DNA from: Geosiphon pyriformis uo1
Lineage: Eukaryota > Fungi > Glomeromycota
DNA length: 64,000 bases
Direction: 5' to 3'
Assembly: GCA_016748015.1 (NCBI GenBank)
Contig: JAAOMT010000727.1
Coordinates: 158,203-222,202 of the forward strand
Shown: positions 1 through 13,930 of the stretch, in pieces
How the letters are laid out: every line of letters begins with the position of its first letter
Numbering within the stretch: position 1 is the first letter of the stretch
Translations under genes and position numbers: made by a program
Notes under the pieces: model-generated
What the model was told of the DNA's origin: nothing
Seen by the model: only the letters and a program-made list of their open reading frames with translations
Database searches by the model: none

Positions 1-1089
1 TACTTGTTAAAAATAATAAAAATGGTTGTCAAATATTTTGGAAAATATATTGGTGTTATCCAAGTAGACTACTATTGATTTCTATAGTAGTCTAATGTAA
101 ATAATTTTCATAAGCCATTAAAAAATGGCTGATATATTTATTAAGCTAAATGGTATAATATTAAATTCAAAATTTTTTTTTTGTGTAGTAAATGCTGTTT
201 TCTTTTTGTTGGCTGAATTCATGACTACTTGTCAGTAATTACTATCCAAATCTAATATGGAAAACCATTTTTTTCCTTCAAAAGCATCAAATAATTTTTA
301 GATTTGTAAAGTTAGATAGCTATTTTTATGAGTAATACTATTGAGTTTTCTGTAATTCACACAAAAATAAATCTTTTCATTCTTCTTCTGGACTAGTACT
401 ACTGATAATAATTATAGATTCATTGATAATTGAATTAATCTGTTGTCCAATATTCTGTTAATTTCTTGTTAGATGATCTTATGGCTTGCTAGTAGTACTT
501 AGTATGCTCATTGTTTAATTGGCATAACATCTTCAGTTTTGATCTGGTATTGGATAATATCAGTTCTGCCAAATTTATTTTTATTCACAAAGATATTGGT
601 AAAATTATTGAGTAACATTTTAAGCTATATGTGTTGAAATGAGTTTAAGTTTTCCAAATTCATTTGGTTTAATTGTTTTGATTGAAACAAATAACATTTC
701 TCTTATTTGTATATAGTTTGTAATATGATATCTACATATTTGCACAGTTGTAAAAAATTTGAAATGATGTTTGGTGGTTGGTTTTTAACTTCAATGCTTA
801 AGTATTTGATAATAATTTCATTTGGTATTTTAATAATGTCTCCAGTTATGTTGTAAATGGAAATTTTAATGTGTTTATAGTTCTTGGCTAATATGTAAAG
901 ATTGGTAATTCCAATCTTTCTTGATTCACAAATTGTAAGTTCTGCTTCAAAAATCTGAGACTAATTTCTTACTTTTTTTTCTATTATTAACATGTATTGG
1001 TTATATGGCAGAATAGAAACTGATTGATAGGTAAAGATAATTTTTCTCTTATCAATGGTTTTTTTTTTGCCATATTAACTGATATATCT

Positions 1090-1500
1090 ATTCTACTCAT
1101 TGATCTAAATTTATTTTTCTTTTTGGTTGTGATCCCTAATTTTTTTCTTGTTTTTACTGGCACTAAAGAAGCTATTTTTATCAAAGGTAAAAATATTTTC
1201 TATGTTATTTTTTTATTTGGTTTAATTATTTATGGTTTTTTTGATTTATTTTGTAGTATTACAATAATATTTTTTATGTATTCTGTGTTAATTATTCTTC
1301 TTCTAATGTTGATTTTTTTCTTTGTTAAACTAGATCTAGATATTAATTGAACCATTGTTGTTGCTAGAATTTCCAGTACTATTTTTAGATTAATGCTAAT
1401 ATGTAAATATGGTTCCAATTTGATTGCTATTTTTGATATTTGAAATCAAACTCTGTATTAGTATTATGTATACATTCTGACATAATATTTTTCTTATTAT
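1090..1500 (-). pseudogene. dUTPase domain inside the Gypsy A1 pol
   Basis: ORF fragments 'HNTNTEFDFKY' (motif 1, AGFDL-like), 'VQLISRSSL' (motif 2), 'IRRRIINTEYIKNI' (motif 3, GIIDxGY-like), an 'EKIAQ'-like motif 4 and 'TTKKKNKFRSMS' (motif 5, RGxxGFGSTG-like). Confidence 0.85.
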
Positions 1501-4500
1501 TACTAAACCATTTTAGTTTTTGCTTCATCAACAAATCTAAGAGTGCAATATATTTTTTGGGATTATAAACAGAATTTGAATTGTTATTGTTGTTGTCATA
1601 ATAAATAGAATTGGAATTATTATTGTTATTATTATCAAAGTCTGAATTGGGATTGAATTTTGATTCTGATTTCACTGTGTATTCACTGGTTGGTTTTTTC
1701 TCTTTGGAAATCAAATAGATTATATGTGGTAGTAGATTGTAAATAAGATTACAATTATCACAATATTTGAAGTCACTGAAAATTAAGCAATGTTTATACA
1801 GTCTTGTATTAAGCTGCTCCAAATACTGCTTTTGTTTTTCTCTAGTTAATGTTAGATTTTGATAATGTTTGTAGAATTGTTCTAAATTGTTTTTAATATC
1901 ATTAAAGACATTGAAAGTTAGAACATATTTGGGTTCAAAAAAAGATAGTGAGTTGTTTTTAATTTTCAGTAATTCACTAGATGTAGCATCTTCAACTTTG
2001 GTACTTACCATTTCTTAGATCTCATGTTTGTCATGTAAATAGTCTTCTAGATATCTTAATGCTTATTTTTAGATGTTGTTGATTGAAGTCTCTTTTTGCA
2101 TCCAATTATTAATTAAGATTATGTACTAACATGTTTTGTCACATGTTTTTTCTTGTCTAGAAATGTTGTTTTATATTCTTTTATCAGAAAGAATCATTCC
2201 ACATGTGAGACAAGGTTTATTGTCCTATTTTTTTTGTCTTTTTGGTTGTCTAAAATATTTTGTTGCTGTAAGTTATTTCTTATTATTACCACAACATATG
2301 CCCATTAATGACAATTTCCTGTCACAATTAATGCAAACTAGCTTTGGCTGACAATACTGTAAGTTGGCATAAGGAGTAGTATATAGAATATAAGTAGAAA
2401 TAGTTGTCTCAAGTTCTTTTTTTGCTTTTGTTTTTCCTTGTTTTTCTCAGTCTGAGATTGGTAGTAGTTTATTGTAATTTTTTTCAGTCTATAATACTTA
2501 ATACATTTCCCAGGTAGGTTTTTTCTCTTTTTTTTAAACTCAATTAGTGGTTGCTTGTTGGTAACAGTTTTGAAATAATTACAAGTAGTTAGTACTTGAA
2601 TGTTTTAGCTATTTTGGCTTAGTTGTAATTCCTAAGTGTTTTAGTCAAGTACTGTATTGATTTTGGACAACCAATTATTACCAATTAGAGCTTAGTACTG
2701 GGTGGCTTCCATAACAAAAATCTTGATTGGCATGATAATACTATTGACTTTGAATAGAAAGTCATTAATTTTGCAATTGGAGTTTTAATTACTTTATTGG
2801 CTGTAATAATCTTGGTGTTGGCAGCATAATTAACTTAGCAACTTAATTAGTTCATAAGTTGTCATGTAATAATATTGCCTGCTGAATCACTATCAAGAAT
2901 TAGTTTAATATGGTGACCATTAACTTTGACATCTGTGTACATTGGTATAATAAGTTTGGTGTTAAGAACAGTATCACTGAATAGAGATGTTGTTGTTGTT
3001 TTTTTTTCTATTTTAAAAGAAAATATTATTACAAGTAATTTGTTTTCAGTAATAATTGCAAATAGAATATTGTAGATAAATAGTTGGGCTTGGGTTTCTG
3101 TTTGTTAAATTAGGTGTCTTCTGAGTTGATTAGAAGACTTAAGTAATTCTGGAAATTCAGGTTTTGGCTATATCCCATGTCTGAACTCTATTGGCATAAT
3201 CTTAATGGTTAATTTGAGGAATTGGGGATTGGTTGGTATATTACTATTGCTAATTTTCAGTTTTGTCAGATATGCATAATTCTTGGTTTTTGATTTTCAG
3301 ATGTTATTTAAGCTGAGTTTAGTGATAGTATTTGAAGTTATTGCAGTTAATAGATAATTTGTAACTGTAGTTAATATATTATTAATATTAGAGACTGATA
3401 AATTGGTAGTAAGTATATTGCTTGTTGCATTATTGGGGTGTAATGAAGTTGATATAAGTTTTGATTTGGTTGATAATTTGGAGTTTGAAATTGCTGATTA
3501 GAGTTTTGATATTAATTTTCTGATTATTGATTATTTAACCAGATGTAATATTCAAATTGCAAATGTTTTTGTCTATCACAAATGTGATAACTACGTGTTT
3601 TTGTTACCACTGTTGATTGTTTGATGATGATAGATGCAGTTAATTTTGAAGATGATTTGAATTTCTTGAATTATTGCAATGTTGTAAAAGTTAATAAATA
3701 ACTTAATTGTTAGCTAAGTATTCTTCTAATTTTTAATTAATGGAATCATTAAATTATTTTAACTTAAAGTCTAATTCAGATAATTCATTTATTACTAGAT
3801 TAATGGCTTGGATGAGATTGGCTTTTAGCTTGGCTAATTTAAAATTTTAGGCATGTGTAATTGTGTCTTAAAATGTTTGTAAATATAATAAACATATATG
3901 TTATAAGATACTGCTGTGCAGACCATAAATAAACTGGTTCAAAATCTGTAGTACTGTAAAATAATTTGTGTCAATTGCTTGTATTTGATGCAGATTTTTA
4001 TGAAAACATTCTAGGTATGTAGTAATAATTTCAGTTTCTCTTTGTTTGATGATGGTAAAAACAATTGTAAAGTAATTAATACTGTTATTATTACTAAAAT
4101 ATCTCAAAAATTCAGTTTTAAAATTATTAAAATTTTGGGGCTTCTGGATTAAGCTTTAATACCATAAGTTAGCAATATTCTGAAAAAAATATAGGATGGC
4201 TTGGAAAGCTCTAGCATTATTCCAATTATTGGCAGTAATGGCTTTTGTGATATTATTTAACCAAACTTGGATATTGTTTTTCTTGCTATTGAATTTTTTT
4301 AATTTAGTGATTGGTACATATGCTATTGATAACAATTGTTGTGATAATTGTGGTTGAAGTGGTTATTATGACTGTTATTGGGATTTAAAAATTGGTGCAA
4401 CTAGTGGTAAATTGATTATAATTACTGAAAGTAAGTTTTGGGAAACAATAAAAGCTGAGTTTAGATTATTTAGGTTTTGCTGAATTAGAACAATTAAAGT

Positions 4501-5204
4501 TTGATAATTAAATTCCTGATTTTTATTTTCCTCAGTTCCAAAATTGGGTTGAGATAGTGGTAATTGAAATCTTGATGATGTTGGTAATTATGATTTAAAT
4601 TCTTTAAAGTAATTGCTATAAGTTCCCAATAAGTCAGCTTTTTTTTGTTGGGTTTGAAATGTGATTTTTGCTGATGGTGTTTTTACAGTTAATGTAAACA
4701 TGCCTGTTGATGTTATGTTGATAATACTTCTTGGTATATAATAGTATAATAAGTGAATGAGTAAAACTATTCTTAATTTCTTTTAAGTAAATAGTTATAT
4801 GTTTTTTAGTATTCCTATTGATGTTTGTAATTTTTTTTTGTTGTTGTCTGCAAAAGTAATAGAAATTTCTGTCTGGTATGTTTTTCAATTTCTCTATTGA
4901 TTTTTGTAATTATTGAAGTAAACAAATAATTTTGTGAAAGTGTAGTATTCTGAAGTAATTTACTATAAAAATTGGTGAGTACTGCTTTTGGATTTCCTTG
5001 GTTTTTTAGATAAGATTTAATTCTTCTATTGACATAAAAGTTGAAAATTGATTCTGCTGGCCAATGGTTACTTGTTAATCTTAAGTGAATTTGATAATGT
5101 CAAAATAAAGCTTTTATAAATTCCAAGTGGTTTGTTTTTAGTTTTTCTGATTCTGTCATTGTTTGAGATGATTGATATTAGTGTTGGTTCTCTGCTGAAT
5201 TATA

Positions 5205-5221
5205 TCTTACAGGAAGCACCA
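5205..5221 (-). other. Primer-binding site of Gypsy A1
   Basis: Minus strand reads TGGTGCTTCCTGTAAGA 2 nt inside the LTR end; complementary to a tRNA 3' end ...GGAAGCACCA. Confidence 0.75.
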
Positions 5222-5223
5222 AA

Positions 5224-6179
5224 TATTACAGATGATTATTTGGAGTGTTAATACAAATAACATACCAGTAATTTGGTGCTTAATAGCTAAATTATATTAG
5301 TAATCTCTAAAGATTTTCATATCTGAAGATTTTGGATTGAAGTTCTTTGTATAATAGACAAAGATTTAATGATTGTTTTTAGTAGTCTCCTGAAATATTG
5401 ACTTTGTCAAATTTTTTTTTCCAGCATAGTAGCTAGTTTATTCTGACAGTTGTGCCCTTTTGGTAAGCTCTCTATTAAGTTATAAATTTTATATCCTTAT
5501 TTTGAGTTTTTTACCAGGCTATTTTTGATGTCAATTATTTAGTGCTTAGTTCTTTAAATTAGTTAGTAAACAACAAACAACAAAAGAGATAAAAAAATTA
5601 AAAAAATTAAAAAAAATAAAAGAAAAAAAAAAATTAGTATTCTGTCAATAGTCATGTTCAAGAGTTATTGTTCTAGTGTAGTTAAGAGTTAGATTCTATT
5701 AACATAGAATATAAATAAAGTAGAAATAATTAATATTCTTTAATCAAGCAATAATAATATAGATTTAAGTAGTAATTGATAATTTATTGATATGTAATGT
5801 GAACTTTGAATTGTTTTTAACTGTGTTTCTTAACTGGATATTTTAATTGTGAGTTCTAGTTTTGAATTCTGTTTTTTTTGTTTCTAATACTCTCGCTATA
5901 TATACATAATTAATGTTTTATAAGATCTTATACATTCATAAGCAATGTGCTATAATTTCTTGAACAATGCTCACATTGCTGAGTAATATGTTCTAATCTA
6001 CTAATATTGCTTACATTGCTAAGCAATATGTCTTAATCTACTAATATTGCTCACATTGCTAAGCAATATGTCATTATTTATTAGCAATATATTAATATGC
6101 TCAATATTATTTTTTTATTGGTTTAATTTCTTATCTGTTTCTCTTATTATTTTTCTTGTACTTTTTTTTATGAGTAACA
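5224..6179 (-). repeat. 5' LTR of Gypsy A1 (U3 type R1, ~40-bp tandem repeats at ~5965-6072)
   Basis: Termini tattaca (decayed tgttaca) and gagtaaca. Homologous to 29639-30560 and 60366-61120. Confidence 0.88.
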
Positions 6180-9100
6180 TCATCCAGTAATCTTTGATGG
6201 TATTTTTTGGACTAAAATTGTTAATTGATTTTTCTTTTTTCTTTCTATATAAAATAATTCAGTTAACTTTAACTCCTCTTTAGAAATAAAGTTTCTCTTT
6301 CTAGTGTTTGTTGAAATAAATGATAGATTTGCAACTCTTAAACATAGTCTTACCAGCCTTGCAAAGCAAGTTGGTGAATTAGCTAAGAGATTAGATGCAC
6401 TTAGGCCAACAGTTTTTTAGCTTAGCCCTAGATTTTAGCTATTAGTAACTTCTTTGTCACAAAATTAAGGAGCAGATATAATAATAAATAAGAGTTTAAA
6501 TACAGCCACTAATAGTAAAACTGTTGTGAAAGTAGTAGTTTTTGATATGTTTATTGTGTCAAAACTAAAAAAAAACATTGATAATTTGTCAGCTACAATT
6601 ATGGGCCTAATGGCTAAAGTAGATAATTTTAATTTGAGTACAAAAGATCTCTATTCTCAATAACAAATCTGGTGTGAAAATTTGCTACTTGTAATGTTAG
6701 AAATATTAATGTTCCTGTCAAGCAAGAAGACATTGTTCATTGGCATGTAAATTCAGATACTATAGTTTTTTTTGTAACAGAAACAAAGTTGAGATCTAAT
6801 GTTAAGCCATGAATTGCAAATAAATTAAAGAGAGTATGGATCTTTATATTTGGTTTGAGAAAAGTTTTTTTAGTATTGGAGTTGTTATTATTATGAACAA
6901 TTTTATGGTTTGTTATATTTTTAAGATAAAAGAGATTTTTGGTTATATTGTTTTAGTACAGTTTTTTTTCAAAAACAAGCTCTTAGTCACAATTTTGGAT
7001 TTGTATACTGGTGTTTCTGCTAAAACTAGGTTTAATTCGGCTTTAGAAATCAATTTTCTTATTGCTAAAGCTGTTAACTCCAGTAATTTTGTGGTTTTGG
7101 ATGAGAATTTCAATGAAAATAAGTTTAAGAAAAGTGCAAGTTTCAAGTTTTGTTTGGATTTGGATTTGATTAACTTATTTGGTAGACATTTATTGGTCAA
7201 AGCTTTAACTTAGAGCAATTTGATAGGTGTCAATAAAGTTTTAGACTATATTTTTGTCAGTAAAAGCTTATCATTGGCAGTTGTTTATTATGTAGTTGAT
7301 TCAATAGTTACATTTTTTGACACTGATTACAAGGCTGTTTTAGTGTTAATTGGTTTGAGTAGACTCTTGAATGTTTATTTAAATGGCTTATGTAAACAAG
7401 TTCATTGAGATTAATAGAAGTTTAAAATCAAGAATGCAGATGATGTCAAGTAGATACAATTTAAGAAATGTTTTTTTACCAAGCTTTTGGTGGTAAGAAA
7501 TAGGTTTTTAAATGCTAAGACTTGTGATGATTTGAATATTATGTAAATGCTACTAAAAAAGATGATAGTGAAGTCAGCTGATAAAATATTTTTAAGACAT
7601 TAGTTCAGTAAATTTCAGTGTTCAAAAAACAGACTGTCTTCTAAGTTTTTTGGATTGGAATTGTTAATTGCCAAAATTGTTAAAAAGTTAGACTTAAATA
7701 ATATGCTTAGATTTGATTGTCTTATTAAAAAATAGTCAACTTTAAATAAGAATAAAGCTATTATAGTTGCAAACATAGTATAAAATAGTAAAAAACTTAT
7801 AGATATCATCAAACATTTTTTATTAATTTATAAAATGTACAGAAGATTCAAGATATATAAGCCAAAATTGACTGAAAAAATGTTTATTAAAAAAGCAATT
7901 AAGAAACACATAAAAAATTTTAGTTTTGATAAGAGTGATATGATTAAAAGCATTTTAGATCAGTCTTTTTAAAAAGTGGTTCTAAATTATTTGGTAGTAG
8001 ATAGTAAATTGGTTTTGGAACCAAAGAAGATAAAGTTTAGTGTCAATGTAATTATGAAGAGTTGGATGAGAAAGCAGATTGTGTTTGTGACATTGTTTGA
8101 TTTTTGGATTTACCAATATGTATTGTTAAATTATGTAAGAGATAAAGCTTTTTCTGACATAATGAAAAAGATTAGTATAGAGAAATTGCTTTTAATAATT
8201 AGTGGTTTATCTGATAGCAAAACTGCTAGTTTGTCTGCCATTTCTAATGAACTTTGAAAGCATAGTAGCAATAAGGTAGCAGGATGTCTTTTAAAATTAT
8301 TAAATGTGTATTTGTCTGTTAGTGATATGTCTGCTTTGTGGAAAAAAGTCTGGGTTTTAATTATTCTTAAACCTTATAATTGGAATAAGGTTCTTACAAA
8401 TACTCAATTTATTGCTCTAATCAAAACTGCCAGAAAAATTTTTCTAAGATTCTGTTTAATTGGATTTTGTCTGTATATAGCAAGTTTGGTTTTTTCATGG
8501 TAATAATTTTTTGGTTTTAAAGAGTACATCTATTCAGTTTCTTGTTTTTGCTGTTGGATCAGTGATTGAAAATGCTTTGGAAAAAAATAGGAAACTCTGG
8601 TTGGTTCTGCAGGATATGCACAAAGCATATAATTTAGTTAATTGGCACTATTTGAGAGCTAGCTTGTAGTAGATCAAAATATGTAGTAAATTTATCAGAT
8701 TTTTTGACAACATACATAAAAATAGGGTTAACAGAGTCATAACTGATTTTGGTCTTTCAGATAATTATAGAGTGCATAATAAATTAGATCAAAGTGAAGT
8801 CTTTTTACTCTTTTTTTAGAGAATTTTTAATGATCTATTCTTGTGTAAGGTTAAGAAACAAAAACATTTGTGCAAGTACTGAATTAATACTAAGTTTGTA
8901 ACAAAGACTGGCAGAATTGAAAACAGTAATAGAATGTCTTTTTTTTTACTGTTGATGTATTTTTTAATGATATTATTTGGGTTAAAAGCAGTCAGATGTC
9001 TATACAATACACTTTAAACATTGTCAGTAAGTTTTTTAGGATCAATAATATTTCGATTAACAATAAAAAAACAGTAGCTATTTTTATTAATTAGGATGTT

Positions 9101-11480
9101 AGAGTTGTTTTTTTAAGTATTAGTGATCAGCCAATTTTAATTGTCAAGAAAAGTAAAGTACATAGATATCTAGAGATTTTTTTGTTGACTGAAGGTTTAT
9201 TCAAGTCTAGTGTGATCAAGACTTATTTTGATATTCAGTTTTTTGTTAATGTGGTGTTTAGAAAGGCTATTATAAATAAGCAGTTTTCTTATTTGGTGTC
9301 AGCTGTTTTGCAGTGCATAATCAGTTATAGAATCTAGTTCAATTTTGTCTTATTAAGTATGTACTGCAAATAAGATGTTATGATTAAAAAGGACCTTAAA
9401 TCTAAAGTCTGTTTGTCCTGTAATTTCTCTAATAAGACTTTGTATTATCTTTCTTTATATGATCAAAAATTATTTAAGCAAGTGCAGTCCAAAGAAAAAG
9501 TAACTGCTTTGATTTTCTTTGCTAATACTTTAGACATTTTTAGGTGTCTGTTTAATTATAGATTTTTGGATTTGCAAATTATAAATTGGGCTTTTCTAAA
9601 TTTTTTGCAATTTTCTATCAAGTTGTATATTAGTCTAATAAACAATTTTTTGGCTAAAGTGGTAAAAAATTTTTTAGACAATGAACTGTCTTTAATAAAC
9701 AATTTTCTCAATGTTTTTTGTAGTTCTGATAATTTTTCTATGTCAATAATTTTGAGAAAAACTTTGTATTTTGGTTTTGTTTATTTCTTAAAGTGTTTTA
9801 GAATCACTTTTAATGATAGGTTTTTTGATAAAAAAGGTGTTGTAATGAACTAGATGACTTTTTGTTGATAGAAAAAATTGAATTTTAGAGGCCCTGTATT
9901 TTATTGGTTTGAGTTTATATCTAAATTTTTACATGATAAAATTTTTTTGTTAAGTAATTCTGTTGAGACCAATCAGTTATTAAACTTGAACATTTTGGAA
10001 TCCAAGAGATTTTTTAACATTTGGAGTGCTTTGCATGAAATTTGGTTTGGCTTATTTGATGTCTATACAGATAATTCATTAAAAAATACTGAATTTGCTA
10101 ATATAACTAGTAAACAACTGTGTATTTTTTTGCTATAGATATGAGTATTGAAATTGGAGCACATAAGCTTTTGTCATCTACTATAGCTGAATTACAGACT
10201 GTTGCTCTGTTCTTAAGGTGTATTCCATTTTCTTACATGGTAATTTTCCACTTTAACAGCCAAGCTGTAATTAATACATGTGTGTTTAATGTGTTGTTTG
10301 CTGTATCAGACTTTTGTAATTGTTGTTGGTTAGAAAAAAAACATATTGTTAATTTGATTAGGAATAAGAATTTTATAGTAAGCTAAGTAAAAGTTAAAAG
10401 TTATTCAGAAGTATCTAATAATATAAAGACTGATGCTATAGTGGATGAGACTGTTTATTTTTTTTTTCTTTGTTAGTGGAAATACGAAACTGTTTTTAGA
10501 TTGCTGAAAACACTGTTGTATCAGGCAATGCTCATTATTTTATTAGAAATTTGTTTAGGTCTATTTGTCACACTTATTAAGAAACTGGTCTTGGTTATAA
10601 TATGATTCTAAATGTATTAATCAAAAATATAGATTAAACTACTACTGCAAGAATATGACATTCTGATTTACATATGCTTTCTGAGTTTACCAGTTAAAAG
10701 TCTTCTAATCTGTATATGTATTTAATAAAAGCTGTATATAAATGACTACCAATGGTAGTTAAAAAAAAATTGTATGATAAGTGATATCTTGGTGTACTAT
10801 GTTTGCTGTGTAATGAGATAGAGTTCTCTGATCATGCTTTTATATGTGTTTGGGATGTTAATATTTAAGAAAAAATTTTGGTTGAAGTATTTGTGTATTG
10901 GATTGCTTTGGCAGGAGTTTGTAATCTGTCTTCTTTTATTATTTTGTGGACATTTTCTAAATGTTTTTTAGATATAAGTTTGTATACAGTAGTTTATAAG
11001 AGATTTGTGTTAAGGGATTAGTATACAGAAGTTATTGGAATTTTTGCTAAAAAAAAACTGTCTCTGCTGTTATTAATTACATAAAGCATTTGGTAGAGTT
11101 ACATTATGCTAAAGTATAGCTGATAAAATTCAAGTATAGAATAAATATAAAAAAGGCTGGTTTATTTAAGAATAGTGGTTTGGTATTAAAATTGTTTTGT
11201 AGTGTAATATTTATATTGTCAGATAATGTGATTAAGTTGCTTAGTATTGTTAAGTTTTTTGCTGTCAGTTTTGATTATCACAAACTGTGTCTGTTTTTTT
11301 TAAGATTATATAATAATATGTGTATTTATATAAGTGTGTAATATTATTTTGTTTGGTCTTAATGGCCAGTTATATGTAATAAGTTTATAAATTACATTTA
11401 GTTTAAACTACTTAGTTTGGTTTTATGTATTAGATAGTAATTGGATTTCACTTAATAAATACAATTAATAAAAAATAATA
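6180..11480 (+). mobile_element. L1-like LINE with APE, RT, RNase H and C-terminal Zn-knuckle; 5' end cut by the A1 LTR; decayed
   Basis: APE start 'KFATCNVRNIN..KQEDIVHWH' ~6680; RT 'LQDMHKAYNLV' ~8607 and 'LDQSEV' ~8785; RNase H 'DVYTDNSL' 10058, 'AELQ', 'NSQA', 'KVKSYSEV'; 'CLLCNEIEFSDHAFIC' ~10800; 3' tail and A-rich end ~11350-11480. Confidence 0.92.
10050..10450 (+). pseudogene. RNase H domain of LINE ORF2
   Basis: Decayed versions of the YTDGS, AELxA, DSQ and KxHSG...AD RNase HI motifs. Confidence 0.8.
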
Positions 11481-11549
11481 AAAAATTATTTTATATTTAT
11501 TAGCTTCTTAATAATATATAATTAAATTTTTATTAAGTTTAATAATTAT

Positions 11550-13823
11550 CTCTTTTTTTGTTTTCTTAATTTTATAATTATAATCAGAGTAAAGAATAAA
11601 AAAGCTGTACTTAATATTTTTTTTGAGATATTTAATAAAATTTTAACTAAAAAAGCTTTCTCTGTTGTAAAAACAGCTAGACAAAACGTTTTAGAAGTCT
11701 TTTTTTTACCCAGTAATTGTAAAAAGCTGCTTTTAGTAGTTGTTGAAGCATTTTCTTTATCTTTGGCTGGTTTTTTATTAGTCAAAGTTCTTTTAAAAAG
11801 ACATACTTAAGTTAGTTCCAGTGTTGTTTCTATCTCAATTAAGAGCTCAAAAGTTTTAATAATAGACTAGTCAACAAGCTGGTTTTTCTCTTTATAGCTT
11901 TTACATTTAGTGTTACTAATACCACCTCTTCAAAAAATATGATTAAAAAGACCAAAGATTCAAAAAAGTGAGAGTAGTCACTTGTCTTTGTTATTATTAC
12001 ACCAAACACTTTTGTGGTTTCTAATGAAATCTTAAATAAGATCTTTGTTGTATTATCTAGCATGTTATTCAAGATAGACCAAAATCAATTACTGGCTGTA
12101 TTGCCAAATATGATGTCTTTTAGCAGATTATTACTGGTTTTAGAAACAAAACAATTATCTTTTATAGTGTTATTTGTTCTTGAAAATTGGGCTGACCAAA
12201 TAGAAACTAAATCATCTCTTTTGTTAGTTTTTGGTGCTGCCACTAGTAATGTTTGGGAAACTATTTTTAGTTATTAAAAATTTACTGGGTGAATAGCCTC
12301 TATTTTAGTATCTAATACAACTTTTAAGATTAAGTTAGCTCATATTAAAGATGTTTTTTAGTTTGTACATGGTTTTTTGGGTGTAAAATCTGTTTCTAAG
12401 AACAATGTAAAACTTTTCTGTATAGAGTTTGCTTCTCAAAACTCCCTGAATACTGCATTTTTGGTTGAGCTTACAAGTTCTATTTATCTTATTATTCTTA
12501 AAATTGCCAAGTCTTTGGTAATTTCTGAGTCTGGTTTTTTTTTGCTGCTGTTATATTGTGTAATGTATTATTAGGTGTGTTTGCTGTTAATATTAAGACA
12601 GTTTTTGGTGTTTTTGGTAAAGTTCTTTGTATTGTGTTGAAGCCTATTGGTGTTTGGCAATATATAATTGTTTACTTTAAAAATTAAGTATTGCTGTATT
12701 TGTTCTTAGTTATTGATCAGTTTTGGTAAGTAAAAATAGTATTAGGATCTTTTTTTTAGTGAATCAAAATAAATCTATTATATTTTACAATAGGTTTAAG
12801 ACCAAGTTAATCAATTTTTTTTTTGGCTATACTGTTTTTAAAACCAGTAATATAATTTTTCAATTCAGTAATTGTACATGTTTTATTTTTCACTTTTCTG
12901 ATTTTGGTTATTATTCCCAGTTTGCTTTGGTTATATTTAAATCTTAGATCAATTTAAATACTGTTATTATTAAAATAATACACTAAAAAAGTGTTATATC
13001 TGGTGGGAAACTCTTGGTTGTTAATGCTGTTTTAGATGTCAAGAAATAGGCCATTTAACTATAGACTATAAAATTTTTTCACTTTTTTCTCTCAAAACTT
13101 CCAAAGTATTTGCTCTATATTTTGTAAATATGAAGTTTTATGTTAAGATGTCTGCTTTTTTGAACTTTTTTGAATTCTTTTTATTAGTAACTTTTTTTTT
13201 TTAAGATTAAAGATAATTTTTTGATTTTGTCTTGGCTGGTGTCTTTAAAATTTGATATGACCAAGTTGTCAACTTTAGTTAAATTAATTATTAAGCCTAT
13301 TAAATTTTTGGTTATTATTTTGAACAGTTTATTAAAGATAATTTGGTTTTAAGCAGTATTTTTAGCCTCAAGATTAATGAATTTATGATTTATTTGAGTT
13401 ATTTTAGCAAAGTTGTTGATAAGTTGGGAAGAGAAATAGTTTTACTAAAAAAAAGTGTTATATAGAGGATATTAACATGTCTGGTGACTTGAATTATCCA
13501 ATTAACATTAATGATAATACATTTTCTAGTTTGATGTTTTTCTAAACACATAAGTCTAATAGTAATAAGACTAATCTTTTAAAAACAACTGAGTAGTGAA
13601 TTGGATTAGTCTTTTGTAATATTTAATTATTTAATATAATTCAAAAAATGTCAGCTTTAAGTAAATTACTTTTATTGTAGCAATGTAATATAGTCTAAAC
13701 TGGTTTAAGTAACTGATTATATATAAAAAATATGTGAACTATATTTAGCACTAGAATATTTAGTTTGTTTTTAATTTCTAAATAGTGGTTGAACCATTCT
13801 TATTAAATTTTAATAAAAAAAAT
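11550..13823 (+). mobile_element. ORF1-only non-autonomous non-LTR element (HAL1-like), copy 1
   Basis: Colinear with 13931-16199 and the reverse complement of 53828-56095. Single decayed ORF with CCHC 'CFRCQEIGHLTIDY' ~13025, LINE-type 3' tail and poly(A). Candidate TSD aataattat at 11541-11549 and 13824-13832. Confidence 0.85.
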
Positions 13824-13930
13824 AATAATTATTAATTATACAATTAATAAAAAAATATAATGACTTTTTTATTTATAATTTTTAAAAAAAAAATTCTATT
13901 TTTTATTTGTAAAAATATAAACAAAATTAT

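Larger units (their letters stand above)
1..6179 (-). mobile_element. Ty3/Gypsy LTR retrotransposon family A, copy A1 (decayed; 3' part runs off the window)
   Basis: Minus-strand order: 5' LTR, PBS, gag (~3500-5160; 'YFSNNNSINY...TTYLECFHKNLHQIQAI'), protease ('KLILDSDS' ~2885-2905), Cys-rich region, dUTPase, RT ('VYLDN' ~55-70, a decayed YLDD). Colinear with 24300-30560. Confidence 0.92.

Noticed and set aside
1024-1350. Hydrophobic + strand ORF and many similar short Phe/Ile/Lys/Asn-rich ORFs
   Set aside because: Opposite-strand or off-frame products of decayed TE sequence; this one is antisense to the dUTPase.
5965-6072. ~40-bp palindromic repeats resembling a CRISPR array (also 30362-30460)
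   Set aside because: Units are contiguous with no unique spacers, lie inside LTR U3, and no cas genes are present.
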